Shown one piece after another: positions 12,423 to 24,015 of a stretch of DNA of 64,000 nt; the stretch's first letter is position 1; the number at the start of each line of letters is the position of its first letter. Both the position numbers and the translations under genes were made by a program. The stretch is from Octopus vulgaris (taxonomy: Eukaryota): NCBI GenBank assembly GCA_951406725.2, contig OX597815.1:156054001-156118000 (forward strand), in the 5' to 3' direction. The notes under the pieces were generated by a model. That model was not told where the DNA came from, did no database searches, and worked only from the letters and a program-made list of their open reading frames with translations.

Positions 12423-13374
12423 GTGAACAATAATAATAATAAATAGTAATAATGTTTTATGAATGGCGCAACAATACACTATAATAACTGGTGCACTTTA
12501 ATCATCTATAGCCTGACATAATATTTCAGAATATAAAAATTCCTTCTTCAGATATTCCTAAGGATTGATCGAGTTACTGCTACAATCGATTTTCCAAAGG
12601 CTTTTTTGTTGTTTTTTTTTCTTTTCCGCCCCCTTCTTCCTGCTTCCTTTTCCCCTTTTTTTATTTCCCCAGAAGTGTCTCTGCAATGGTCTCACGAAGC
12701 TCCTTCCGAAATTCCTCGTGAGAAGTGCGTGAGGGCAACCATGTCTCAGGCTCGTGTGTGCTGGCACATCCGTAGCGCTACTTTTGTTATGTATTATATG
12801 CGCAGTTTCCTCTTTTTTCTCCTTCTCTTTCCTTTTTTTCTACTCTTTTCTTTTATCTTTTCTTTCTTCACCCTTGCTTTTTATAAATATTTCATGAGCA
12901 TGTCGTAAATATTTTTATGATATGCCCATGTATTATTTATATAAAAAAAGGCGAAGAGAAAAAGGGGAAGGAAAAAGGGGAAGAAGAAGGAGAAAAAGTG
13001 GAAATTGTACGTACAATACATGACTTAGAATCAGCGCTACGGATGTGCCAGCACAAACGAGCCTAAGACATACCCGTCCTCACGCATTTCTCACGAGGAA
13101 TTCCAGAAGGAGCTTCGTGAGACAATTGCAGAGACACTTCCGGGGAAATAAAAAAAAGGGAAAACAAGAAGAAGGAAGAAGGGGGCAGAAAAGAAGGAAA
13201 AAAACGTTGGAAAATCGATTGTAGCAGTGACTCGATCAATCCTGAGGGATATCTGAAGATTATATCAGACTATAGATGATTAAATTACACCATTTATTAT
13301 AGTCCATTGTTGTTCTAATAATGCATTGTTGTCTCATTTAAAACACATTATTACCATTTCTTATTATTGTTCAC
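12423..13374. repeat. ~950 bp imperfect palindrome (axis near 12912), probably a Penelope-like inverted insertion
   Basis: Arms pair along their length, e.g. aagtgtctctgcaatggtctcacgaagctccttc / gaaggagcttcgtgagacaattgcagagacactt, with almost no spacer. The left end abuts (TA)n. Confidence 0.9.
12515..12556 (-). ncRNA. Minimal (dimer-type) hammerhead-like motif within the palindrome arm
   Basis: Minus strand ATAT-CTGAAGA-A-GGAAT(ttttat)ATTCT-GAAA-TA-TT-ATGT with palindromic 4-nt stem III. The mirror arm near 13247 keeps gatatCTGAAGA but has lost stem II/GAAA. Confidence 0.45.
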
Positions 13375-13457
13375 AAATAATACTCAATGCGTCAAGCGAA
13401 CTATAATACTGCCCTATATACATATACGTAAATGTTTATGACAATCATTTAAATTCA

Positions 13458-13597
13458 GCTTCAAATTCCACCGATGTCGACTTCGCCTTTCATCCTTTCG
13501 AGATCGATAAATTAAATACCAGTTGCGTACTGGGGTCGATCTAATCGACTGGGCCCCTCCTCCCAAAATTTCGAAACTTGTGCCTAGAGTAGAAGGG
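13458..13597 (+). mobile_element. 5'-truncated family-B SINE
   Basis: ttcaaattccaccgatgtcgacttcgcctttcatcctttcgagatcgataaattaaataccag...cttgtgcctagagtagaa. Confidence 0.75.
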
Positions 13598-15099
13598 AAA
13601 AATTTAAATTCAGCTCATTTCTGAATATACTTTTATGGAAGTAGTTGAGCATTAGTTACCTCCTCCTATCTTACTTCATATTATACTGAAATCATAAAAT
13701 TAAAATAGTTCTTGTGTGTAAGATTACTATCAGAAATGTTAGCGATCCAGTTGTCATATGGAACAATGACTGTAAATATGTTTATGCTACAATTAATTCC
13801 GTTAAACACAGGAGCATTGAATAATTTACAAATGTTTCATAATTCTGTGTTGTATTCAAATCCTGTTCTGATTACAGTATAACGAGTTGCGGATCAACCA
13901 GAATAATTAACCCAAGATACATTACTCGGAGATCGAGACCTTAATGGTGTAATCACCATGACTTTACCAAGCTACTAATCATATCCTATACTTAGTTTTA
14001 AATTATCATAAATTCTGTTATATTACTTTTGTTACTGTTTATCCCTAGGTAAACGTTCACTGGGAGAACCACTATCCAAAAATATTTCAATCATGACCAC
14101 GTTGCATAAGACTACACTAACCAATTCTTCATACTCAGCCTACAATAGTGGAATGCGTTTTGAGGAAGATTTTTAACAACTATTTCTAGCAATTTGAGCG
14201 TCCAAGTTATTGCATACTTTCTTATTTTGTTAGCAGGTAATGTATTGTTGTCACGTCCATCAGTTGACCGATGACAACACTGACAGCGTGATTGAAATGG
14301 AATCTCTCCTTAACGGGAATTGAAATCAGATTGTGGTCTCTGTTCGGCATAAACATATCTCTAATCCTATTGCGCCTGCCAGTTGATACTCCAAAATTAC
14401 GTATTTAAGCTCCTGCTCGATCAGAAATAAAGCAATATAATTAAATGATTGTTGCCATAGAGGTTGATAATGCGATTGCTGAAAGTAATTAGTCTATCCA
14501 TTTGTTCTGACAGTATTGTTTTTCGCTCTTTCTATTATTTTCCTTCGAATTAGCACTAAACATAATTTATTCTCTTATTTCGAGCTTACGATACATTTTG
14601 ACTATGTTCAAGGTAAATGTTAGTAGGAAGAGCTGTTCAGCCAATTGAACTAGAACACTTTATAAAACTGGTACTTACTTAATTCAATCTCAAGGGAATG
14701 AAATTCAACACAGAAAACAGAGGGACGATGCTAAATAAATGTCTAACGTTTCCACCAACAATTTTACTCTCTAGATTATAAACCATCACAGAATCGGAGA
14801 GAAATACAATGGTTGGATAGATAAAGAGTTGGCAGTTTAATAGAATAATCGAGAGTCTATGTCCTGTCATTGTTATTGACAAATCGTAAATACAATAAAA
14901 TATTTAGACCGGCGTTCTAATGTTTGCCAACCCATTCTCTCAGTTTCGTTTGATGACTACAATTTATTTGTATTGTTTCATGTTTGCCAGTTTACACCCT
15001 TACGAACCTAACCATCTAGGTTATCACCTGCAATTTAAGGATTAACTTAAATGAATGTTTTTAATGCTGTGTAACCAGTGACAGCGTGGTTATGCCCGA

Positions 15100-15498
15100 G
15101 GAGGTAGCTGGCAGAAACGTTAGCACGCCGGGCGAAATGCGTAGCCGTATTTCGTTTGCGGTTACGTTCTGAGTTCAAATTCCACTGAAGTCGACTTTGC
15201 CTTTCATCCTGTCGGGGTCGATAAATTAAGTACCAGTTACGCACTGGGGTCAATATAATTGACTTAATCCGTTTGTCTGTCCTAGTTTATCCTCTCTGTG
15301 TTTAGCCCCTTGTGAGTAGTAAAAAAAATAGGTATTTCGTCTGTCTTTAAGCTCTGAGTTCAAATTCCAGTGAGGTCGACTTTGCCCTTCATCCTTTCGG
15401 GGTCGATAAATTAAATGCCAGTTGTGTACAAGGGTCAATTTAATCGACAGGCCCCCTCCCCCAAATTTAGGGCCTTCTGCCTAGAATAGAAAAGAATA
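15100..15498 (+). mobile_element. Dimeric family-B SINE (second copy)
   Basis: Same two-monomer layout and junction (aaata|ggtatttcgtctgtctttaag at 15330/15331) as 7828-8217. Confidence 0.85.
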
Positions 15499-16654
15499 TT
15501 TCTGATACCATCAGCGATAGCTGTACCACTAAGGGTTACCATTATTCAGGGATACGCGTTCTAAAACTAGCTCATTCTATGTTTGGATATCCTATCAAAT
15601 CTCGCTACATTTATTTTCATTATATAATTAGCGTTTTCTTTAAATCCATCTTTAAGCTACACTATTTAAGAAAGGGCAGGATCACATAATTTAGGTTAGT
15701 GTTCCAAAACTGGCAGCTACTGGGTTAATGTATTGTATTTCAGAACATAAATTCCATAGATTGATGGTATTTCCTTCCTCTACAAATCATGTTCACTTAT
15801 TTAACTTAAAACTTACATTTGTGTTTTCTTATTTTAGTTATTTTATTCTGCTTTCGAATGTTCTTAAACGTTCTCCTATTATTCAGAATATATAATATGT
15901 TAGATGATTTCAATGTGACCTCTGTTTGGTAATTTTTCATCATAACTTATTCAATCTACTGCATTGGAAATTATATCAATTTATGTTTTAATCTTAATTA
16001 CAATTTACTATCCGCTATACACCGAACTCTTTAAGCATACACTCACAAAATAACGCTACGTTCGTTTAGGATATTTGTGATTTCTAACTAAATGTTCGGT
16101 CAATGATTTATTATCCAATCCTTGACAGATAATAACAGCCAGCGAAAATTATTTTTATTCCATATTGATTAGATTCTGTAATTCAGCTCAGTTTTATTAC
16201 GTTGAACAGCATTTTACAATATATTTAACTGGATTTATGAGGCTGGACATTAAACTGTAACATTATGAACGAGAGAGTTTTGTTAAATTACATTTCTGAG
16301 ATCAAATCTTACAGGAAACCGATGCATTCTAACGTTAATAAATGATTAAATAACCATTAACGATCCAGGTATATAAAACAAGGGAGAAGTTTGGACGCTT
16401 ATATATTTGTCAAAAACGCAATAACATAAGCGATGTAAGTGAAATGAAATGGCTACAGACAGACATTAAAACCAAATCACAGAATAGCCTCTTCTCAACG
16501 GTACAACCGCGACAATATTAGTTTCTTGGTGTTTGAAAATAAATTGATTTTTACATTATTTATAAAACAGCATTAGCGACAAAACTCAAAACGAGAGAGA
16601 CACACTATGTTAGTCTTTTATTTGTTACCAAACAAGGCTAGTGGAATTATTGGT

Positions 16655-16960
16655 GTCTGGGCATTATTGTCGACAGCGATTTGCGTTGGACAAAACACAT
16701 TGCTAAAATTGCCAAGAAGGATGAGGGTGTATTGGCATCAGTCACCAAGTCCTTTGTGAGCCGCTCTCCGCCTATCTATTTGAGGCTTTATACAGCTATG
16801 GTGCGACCTCACCTGGAATTTGCATCACCGGTCTGGAACCCCTATCTTACCCAGGATATTAATCGTCTGGAAACCGTTCAGCGCCGTACAACCAAGAGAA
16901 TACCCTCCATCACGCATTTGCCATATTCTGACTACTCCTAATGTCTTATTTCCTCCCTGG
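16655..16960 (+). mobile_element. CR1-clade LINE ORF2 fragment (RT domain 7/thumb region)
   Basis: LGIIVDSDLRWTKHI...LYTAMVRPHLEFASPVWNPY...INRLETVQRRTTKRIP is the canonical CR1 post-RT motif. Confidence 0.85.
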
Positions 16961-19211
16961 AGAAAAGGGATACATATGATAATATTTATGACCATACCTA
17001 GCCATGAGCTGTCAACTCACTCTTATCCTTTATTCAAAATAGACACAGTCTTCTGGTCTTAGATTTAGTAGTACAAGTTATTTGAAGGTATCTTTTAAGA
17101 AGCTTCGCGATTATCTTCTTTAATATAGTTTATCCAATGGTTTCAAGAAAAAAATATAATCAGAAATTATAACCGGGATTTAACTTATCTAAGGTCAATG
17201 CGTAATCGATGTTGAGAACTTTAACAGCCTGGTTGTACACTATGATGATTTTAATATGTTTGAAACCACAAGAGTAAAATAGATTGATAAGCGAAAGTTG
17301 ATCCAAAGCTAAATAAGAACAACTAACATTGTGACCGAGCATAATACCAGAGCTAAACTGTTCGATATCCACAGCATTACAAACTGATCCATGATATACA
17401 GCTACCATAGCCAGCAAGACTTTTACCGTCCATTCACTTAGCATTAGTGTAATTAGCCACCAATTAGAAAGGATACATTCAGTGCTTACAGTTCAGTTTG
17501 TTGATTAAATAAATCAAAAGCTTATACAATGACAAGATTGATAGCGTTATGGTATCTAACGAGTTTACCCATTAGTTAAAACAAAATCCAATTCAACTTA
17601 ATGCAGTACAATTTGGTAGAAATCCATGCTGACCTTTATACGTTATTCTATTTCATGACAAATAAATCACAATAGTCTCTTAGGAAAGCTACTAAAAAAT
17701 ATCATCTATCCTCAATATGAATTTTTCTTTAATGAATAAATATGATTTTGGCAATTTTCCACTCAGAAAATCCATTGTATTCACGAACAGTATATTTTGA
17801 AGGAACGGCAAATTGATAAGCCATCTTTAATAGCAACCTCCGCGGAACCTATTCAGATTTAAAAAGGAAGGCAATGATATCGCTTTATATGCATCCATTG
17901 TGTCTAGCTTCCAGAGTCAGCACTCTAATGTATAATATATTGTGATTATCTTCCTCTTTATTCGTGTCCTTTTATCTAAAAAAAACATATTGATGGGCAA
18001 AATAAAGGAAAGAATAAAAACGATATCAAACATCAATAGTAGAGCATGATGAAATATTTCAGAATACTTATTAGCTACAAGAGATTTTCTCCTGGATTTA
18101 TTTTTCACTATATACATTACATCGAATCGCATCCTGTTTTAGGTAGATTGCTTTTTCTTTTATCTTTTTCAATTTTTGGTGATTGAATATTTACGATAAA
18201 AAAACGAACCTTATTGTTTACACATAGAATATACGCAGCAATATTGGAAGATAGGTGATGATATATATCAAATGGCTATGAAACTATCCCCAACTATATT
18301 ACTTGTTGCATTAGGTAAATCAATTAACGCTAGAGTACTATTAGATCTATCTGAAGTCTAACAATCTATGTAAACAGTCAGATCTTCGAAACTCCTGTGT
18401 AGATTTCCCCAGCGATTATTGCAATATAAACAAAATTATGATTTGCATATTGACACAGAAATAGCTTTAATATGAAAACAAAAATATCTGTTTAATAACG
18501 TAAGGTCGTATGATTCACTTTCCAAGAGTAATAACACTAATCCCTCATCTATGCCAAATCAGAATAAATTTAGATTCCCGGTCTAGAATTCTGCGCAATG
18601 TCATAGGATATTTGATTATCTCATCTGTGTCTCTTGAGAAGTAGGATAACGAATAAATTATGATTCGATATCGTAGATGAGGTGGATCTGGAACAACTTT
18701 CTCCTCTCCTATTTATTCAACTATTTTGCTAAATACAAAGAGGGGAAGCGATGGAAAAGATACAAAGAATTACTATGTAGTTCTACTTCTAATTGCGCAG
18801 GAATTAATGAATACTCTGGAGGTTCATAGTATTAAACGTACAATATTTCCAAACATACATGACATATTCAAGTTTAGAATTTATATACAGCAACAGAGAT
18901 GACCTGTGCTTTTCAGTTCGTTTATATTCACATGCATGTGCGTTCAACCACATTGTGAAGTGCTTTGACAAAGTACCTTCTATCATAAGCTCAGGTTGAC
19001 CCATGTTTTCTCAGTGGAATTTGGTAGACAGAACTCGGCAGTAATGGCGTATGCCTGCGTACACAGCCGCACACACACACACACACATATATATATACAT
19101 TTATATATATGTGTATTCATATATGTGAGTATATATATAAATATATATGTATGTATATATATGTGTGCGCGTGTACTTGTGTGTGTGTGTGTATATCAGT
19201 GTGTTTATTTG

Positions 19212-19323
<112 letters not shown>

Positions 19324-19842
19324 TCAGAAACTGTCGCTTCCTGAGTTGTTAGTCTGAGTTTCACGTTCCCGATGAACACAAAAATAAAGAAGCAACGTGA
19401 TAATATGCAAGTAACACTATTTGGTGTCGAGATTTGATTGTTTGCCTGAAAACATGCTACATTCAACTGCTCAATTGTCACGCGCAGAACACGTAATACA
19501 ATCATTTATTCACACGCATACTTACGTGATATTATCATATCTGTTTTCCTTATCACGCGTACAACAAAGGAAAGACGGGAGGATGTTTAGGTTTGATAAA
19601 TTTTTATTTGTTATTGAATAACTGAAGGTTTTCCAGTATGTGACCATCTTTTTGGGTATAGCAAATACATAATATTGGAATTAAAACCATTTCAGTTTGT
19701 AATATACATACATACCAGTTTGTAATTGGTAATTAGAAAGTCTACAATAAATATCGATGGAAATTCTTCAATTCTGAAACTTTGTGCAAAATTGCAAGCA
19801 GCGAAGTTATAGGATGATGATTTTTCTGCAAGAGACAACGAT

Positions 19843-20034
19843 TCATTTGACTGTGGCCATGCTGGAGCACCGCCTTTAGTCGAGCAAATCGACCCCAGGA
19901 CTTATTCTTTGTAAGCCCAGTAATTATTCTATCGGGCTCTCTTGCCGAACCGCTAAGTTAAGGGGACGTAAATACACCAGCATCGGTTGTCAAGCGATGT
20001 TGGGGGGGGGGCAAACACAGACACACAAGCATAT

Positions 20035-20069
<35 letters not shown>

Positions 20070-20569
20070 TCACCGTGATCACCGTGACCGACCAGGCTAT
20101 CAAATGTTGCTACACATCGCTGGTCACAATGCGCTTAGCATTGTTTTAGCCTTCAAATGACGCCGCCCCGCTGGCTAAGCGAGCAGGCCAACAGACGAAA
20201 GAGTGAGAGTAAGTTGTGGCGAAAGAGTACAGCAGGGATCGCCACAACCCCCTGCCGGAGCCTCGTGGAGCTTTAGGTGTTTTCGCTCAAAAAACACTCA
20301 CAACGCCCGGTCTGGGAATCGAAACCGCGATCCTACGACTGCGAGTTCGCTGCCCTAACCACTGGGCCATTGCGCCTCCACATATATATATATATATATA
20401 TATATACTCCGAGCTTCATTCAGTTTCCGTCTACCAAATCCACTCACAAGGCTTTGGTCGGCCCGAGGCTATAGTAGAAGACACCTGCTCAAGGTGCCAC
20501 GCAGTGGGACTGAACCTGGAACCATCTGGTTGTTAAGCAAGCTACTTACCGCACAGCCCCTCCTGTGCC
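19843..20569 (-). mobile_element. Family-A SINE split by a family-C SINE inserted in its internal (TA)n tract
   Basis: 5' half at 20410-20569 and 3' half at 19843-20070 match the copy at 5246 in reverse. Confidence 0.85.
20071..20381 (-). mobile_element. tRNA-derived SINE (family C) with RTE-type tail
   Basis: Minus-strand head ggcgcaatggcccagtggttagggcagcg...ggtttcgattccc (A/B boxes); tail gaccagcg...ctggtcggtcacggtgatcacggtga; (TA)n on both sides. Confidence 0.85.
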
Positions 20570-21457
20570 TATTATGGAGTCATTGCTACAGTGTGATGCG
20601 TGCTTTGCAATGCAAGAAACAATTATATAATTGCTAGTATTTCATCCTTGAACTAGACTGTGAGGCGGCTTTGCGCCTCTCTGAGATGAAATATCGCTGG
20701 AATTTTCTAAAATGGATTTTTTGTAAGCTCTATATAGATCTGCTCTATGATAGTTACAAAAAAAAGCTTAATTTGATGAGCAAGCACCTTAGAAAAACGC
20801 ATACCGTTAGTAAAATGTTTTTTCTCTTCGTACTGCGAAATTTGCCGTTTATACAGGATATAGCAGCATCAGTGACTTTGATGCAACTCCAACTCACTTT
20901 AATGTTGTATCTATTGTAAACTTTAAGATAACTGTGATCTACAGGAAAAAAAAATTATTTATTCAGTTCAGGAAAATTCTGTCAATATTGAAATGAATAT
21001 TTAAACTATGTGGACAATATTGGAATGAATATTTAAACGATGAACAGCATATTGCATTTTCTACTTTTCTATTTTGCGTTTATAAGTATTAGTTTAGCTT
21101 TATATTGAATTTAGTATGCCTTAATGTGCCATTGTAATAATAAGCGGCACGGTTAAAAGAATCCTTGCCAGTAGATAAGCAGGATATACGTATAGTTATA
21201 TTTTTGAGTTTCTAAGAATTATTGGGTGACAGTTAAAGTTAATGTCAATGTAATACGGTCAGGTTTACTAAGAGGTAGAAACAGAACTCTGCATAGAGGA
21301 ATCTCTTCCAGAGCCTATGATGTATACTTCTATCAATTCACAAACGCCAGCCTCATCATACGATCCCATTGCTACGTCAGTTTCTAATCATTACATTTAA
21401 CATGAACAGAATTATTGTAAAATAGCAAATAATTCCTGAAACAACATATCTAATACT

Positions 21458-21686
21458 TATTTCTTTACTACCCACAAGGGGCTAAACATAGAGTGGACGA
21501 ACAAGGATAGAAAAAGGGATTAAGTCGGTTACATCGACCCCAGTGTGTAACTGATATTTAATTGATCGACCCCGAAAGGATGAAAGGCAAAGTCGACCTC
21601 GGCAGAATTTGAACTCAGAACGTAGCGGCAGACGAAATACCTCTAAGCATTTCGGCCGGCGTGCTAACATTTCTGCTAGCTCGCCG
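21458..21686 (-). mobile_element. Family-B SINE monomer with Tx1-type tail and 16 bp TSD
   Basis: TSD caacatatctaatact at 21442-21457 and 21687-21702; element ends ...ccccttgtgggtagtaaagaaata. Confidence 0.9.
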
Positions 21687-22680
21687 CAACATATCTAATA
21701 CTATTAATGTAAATAACTGGAATAAAGCTCTACCGAATTCTAAAGCTTTTTCACGAATAGAGATAATATGCTACGGAAACCATACAAGAACTGCTCGATA
21801 TTCTGCATTTTTCAACGGTAACTGACACCTCAGCAAGATACAAATGGGTTCCAGATTCTTACTAAATCTCACATATAACTTTTAGTTCACACATCCAAAC
21901 TAAAAAGGAAAACGTCATCCAAGAACAGACATAACTTCACTCAGCAACTCACAACTTCTAGCTTATGAATGCGGTATATGTCTGCCTCCTATACTTTCTA
22001 TTGCTACCACCATATTGTTTACGTTTCTCTGATATTACGCACAGTGCAGCTCTAGTGTAAAAGCCTTCGCGGCAACCCTGTTGTGTTTCTCGCTCCAAAC
22101 TCTGAAATAAGAACTCATAATCAATCATCCAAGCTCCCAAGCCTCTAGAAGTTCTCATATGCTACAATATAAAGAAACAATATGTATGACGTTACTATGG
22201 CTATAATTTCATAAATCATAACCTGGAAAGAAAATTGATTACTTTTATAAAACAAAGAGAAAAAAATGAAGCTTTTTTTCTTCCTTTTACGACTTTAGTA
22301 CAGTGCTGCAAATATTCAATGTCAAGTTTTACAAAAGCAAGGCAATCATAGTCCTCTTACATACTATGCACCTACTTCTCAAAACTGATATATATTTCAG
22401 CTGATCAACAGTGTACTCAATATAAGAGCTATGAAAGAAAAATAAAGAAAACTGTAACTTTTTCAACGATATAGTACACTCTCTTTCTCACAGAGCAGCG
22501 GAAACATATTCATGGATATAAAACAAATTATTAATTGTAATACCATATAACGAATTTACTTGAAAATATAATACTGAAGGTTTTTGTAATGCATATTCTG
22601 TATGATGTCTCTGAGTACATGTATGAACTTGATGTATAAATCTTTTCCTATCTTTCTCTCTGCGTATATATGTATGGATG

Positions 22681-22744
<64 letters not shown>

Positions 22745-22754
22745 TGTATGTATG

Positions 22755-22785
<31 letters not shown>

Positions 22786-22970
22786 TAAAGTGAGTTTTAT
22801 TGATAAGTGATAATCAATAAGAAGTCATATTGTTAGAAACCTTTGGGGAACTTTACATTTTACAAAGATGTTTTGAAGTGGAAGAGAATGAAGAATGCTG
22901 AAGTTTCTGGTAAAGAATAATGATATGGAAGAAAAGACGGCAAAAAGCAAAACGACGACGACGACGACAA

Positions 22971-23050
22971 AGAAGAAGAAGAAGAAAAAGAAGAAGAAGA
23001 AGAAGAAGAAGAAGAAGAAGAAGAAGAAGAAGAAGAAGAAGAAGAAGAAG
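22971..23050. repeat. (GAA)n microsatellite
   Basis: Direct reading; source of the poly-K/L/S ORFs. Confidence 0.95.
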
Positions 23051-23790
23051 GAATGCGATGTAAAGGAGAGTGAACGGGTAGAAATTGGGGATACAGAAAG
23101 TCTGAGAAGAACGAAGGAAATGGAAGAACGCGCACGAAGATAATGCGATAACGAAAATTAGCAAAACAAAGACCGTGATAAGGAGGAAGGGGAAGAACCA
23201 AATGGCAAATAAAGAGCAAAGTCGATTAGCCGTTCAATGACCAATCTTACCCACCTGTAGAGCAGCAGGGAGATCCTGAAACTGAATACAGAATACTTCG
23301 TGACTAGATTATTATCTATAATATTCTTCTACACTTTCTTACGTTTCTGTCTGTTTTGTCCGTGTGTTGCGCTTACGGTAAGGGAGGTAATCACCCGAAT
23401 GGAGAAATACATTTATAAATGGAGAAGTGGAAACTAAGAGAAAGAGAGAGAGAGTGGGGGGACAGACAGACAGACAAACAGACAAAGACAGAGGAAGGGT
23501 GGAGGTCTAAATCATTCTGCATTTTTGTGTTAAATCGTAGGCACAGTGAGTGATTTAGTGAAATAATGTGAAGATGTAGAAATTTATGCATCAGTAGGTA
23601 GTTAAAGGTGAAATAATCTTAGGAGATAGCTGTGGTAATACACTTTTATCTTTTGCACATTCCAGACCAAAGTCTGTGGCCATGCTGGAGTATTGTCAGT
23701 ATCCATTTTTTAATATATTTTTGGCTCCAGTTCTTCTAAGTATTATGAGAGTAGGTTGATACAGCAAGAATTATAGATATGAAAGTTGAT

Positions 23791-23878
<88 letters not shown>

Positions 23879-23925
23879 AAGAAAGAGAGACAGAGAGACA
23901 GACAGATAGACAGACAGACATATAG

Positions 23926-24015
<90 letters not shown>
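23791..24015. repeat. Compound (GATA)n/(GA)n/(GACA)n microsatellite
   Basis: Direct reading. Many other TA, CA, GA, TACA and GATA tracts occur, e.g. near 6390, 7630, 9800, 10800, 19220, 22690, 26750, 27850. Confidence 0.95.

Noticed and set aside
20300-20381. tRNA-like cloverleaf (also 43390-43465)
   Set aside because: Continues into SINE body and tail; a SINE head, not a tRNA gene.
22853-23219. Poly-K, poly-L and poly-S ORFs, and similar YI/HT/CV/SL-repeat ORFs throughout the track
   Set aside because: Translations of microsatellites, with no splice or domain support.
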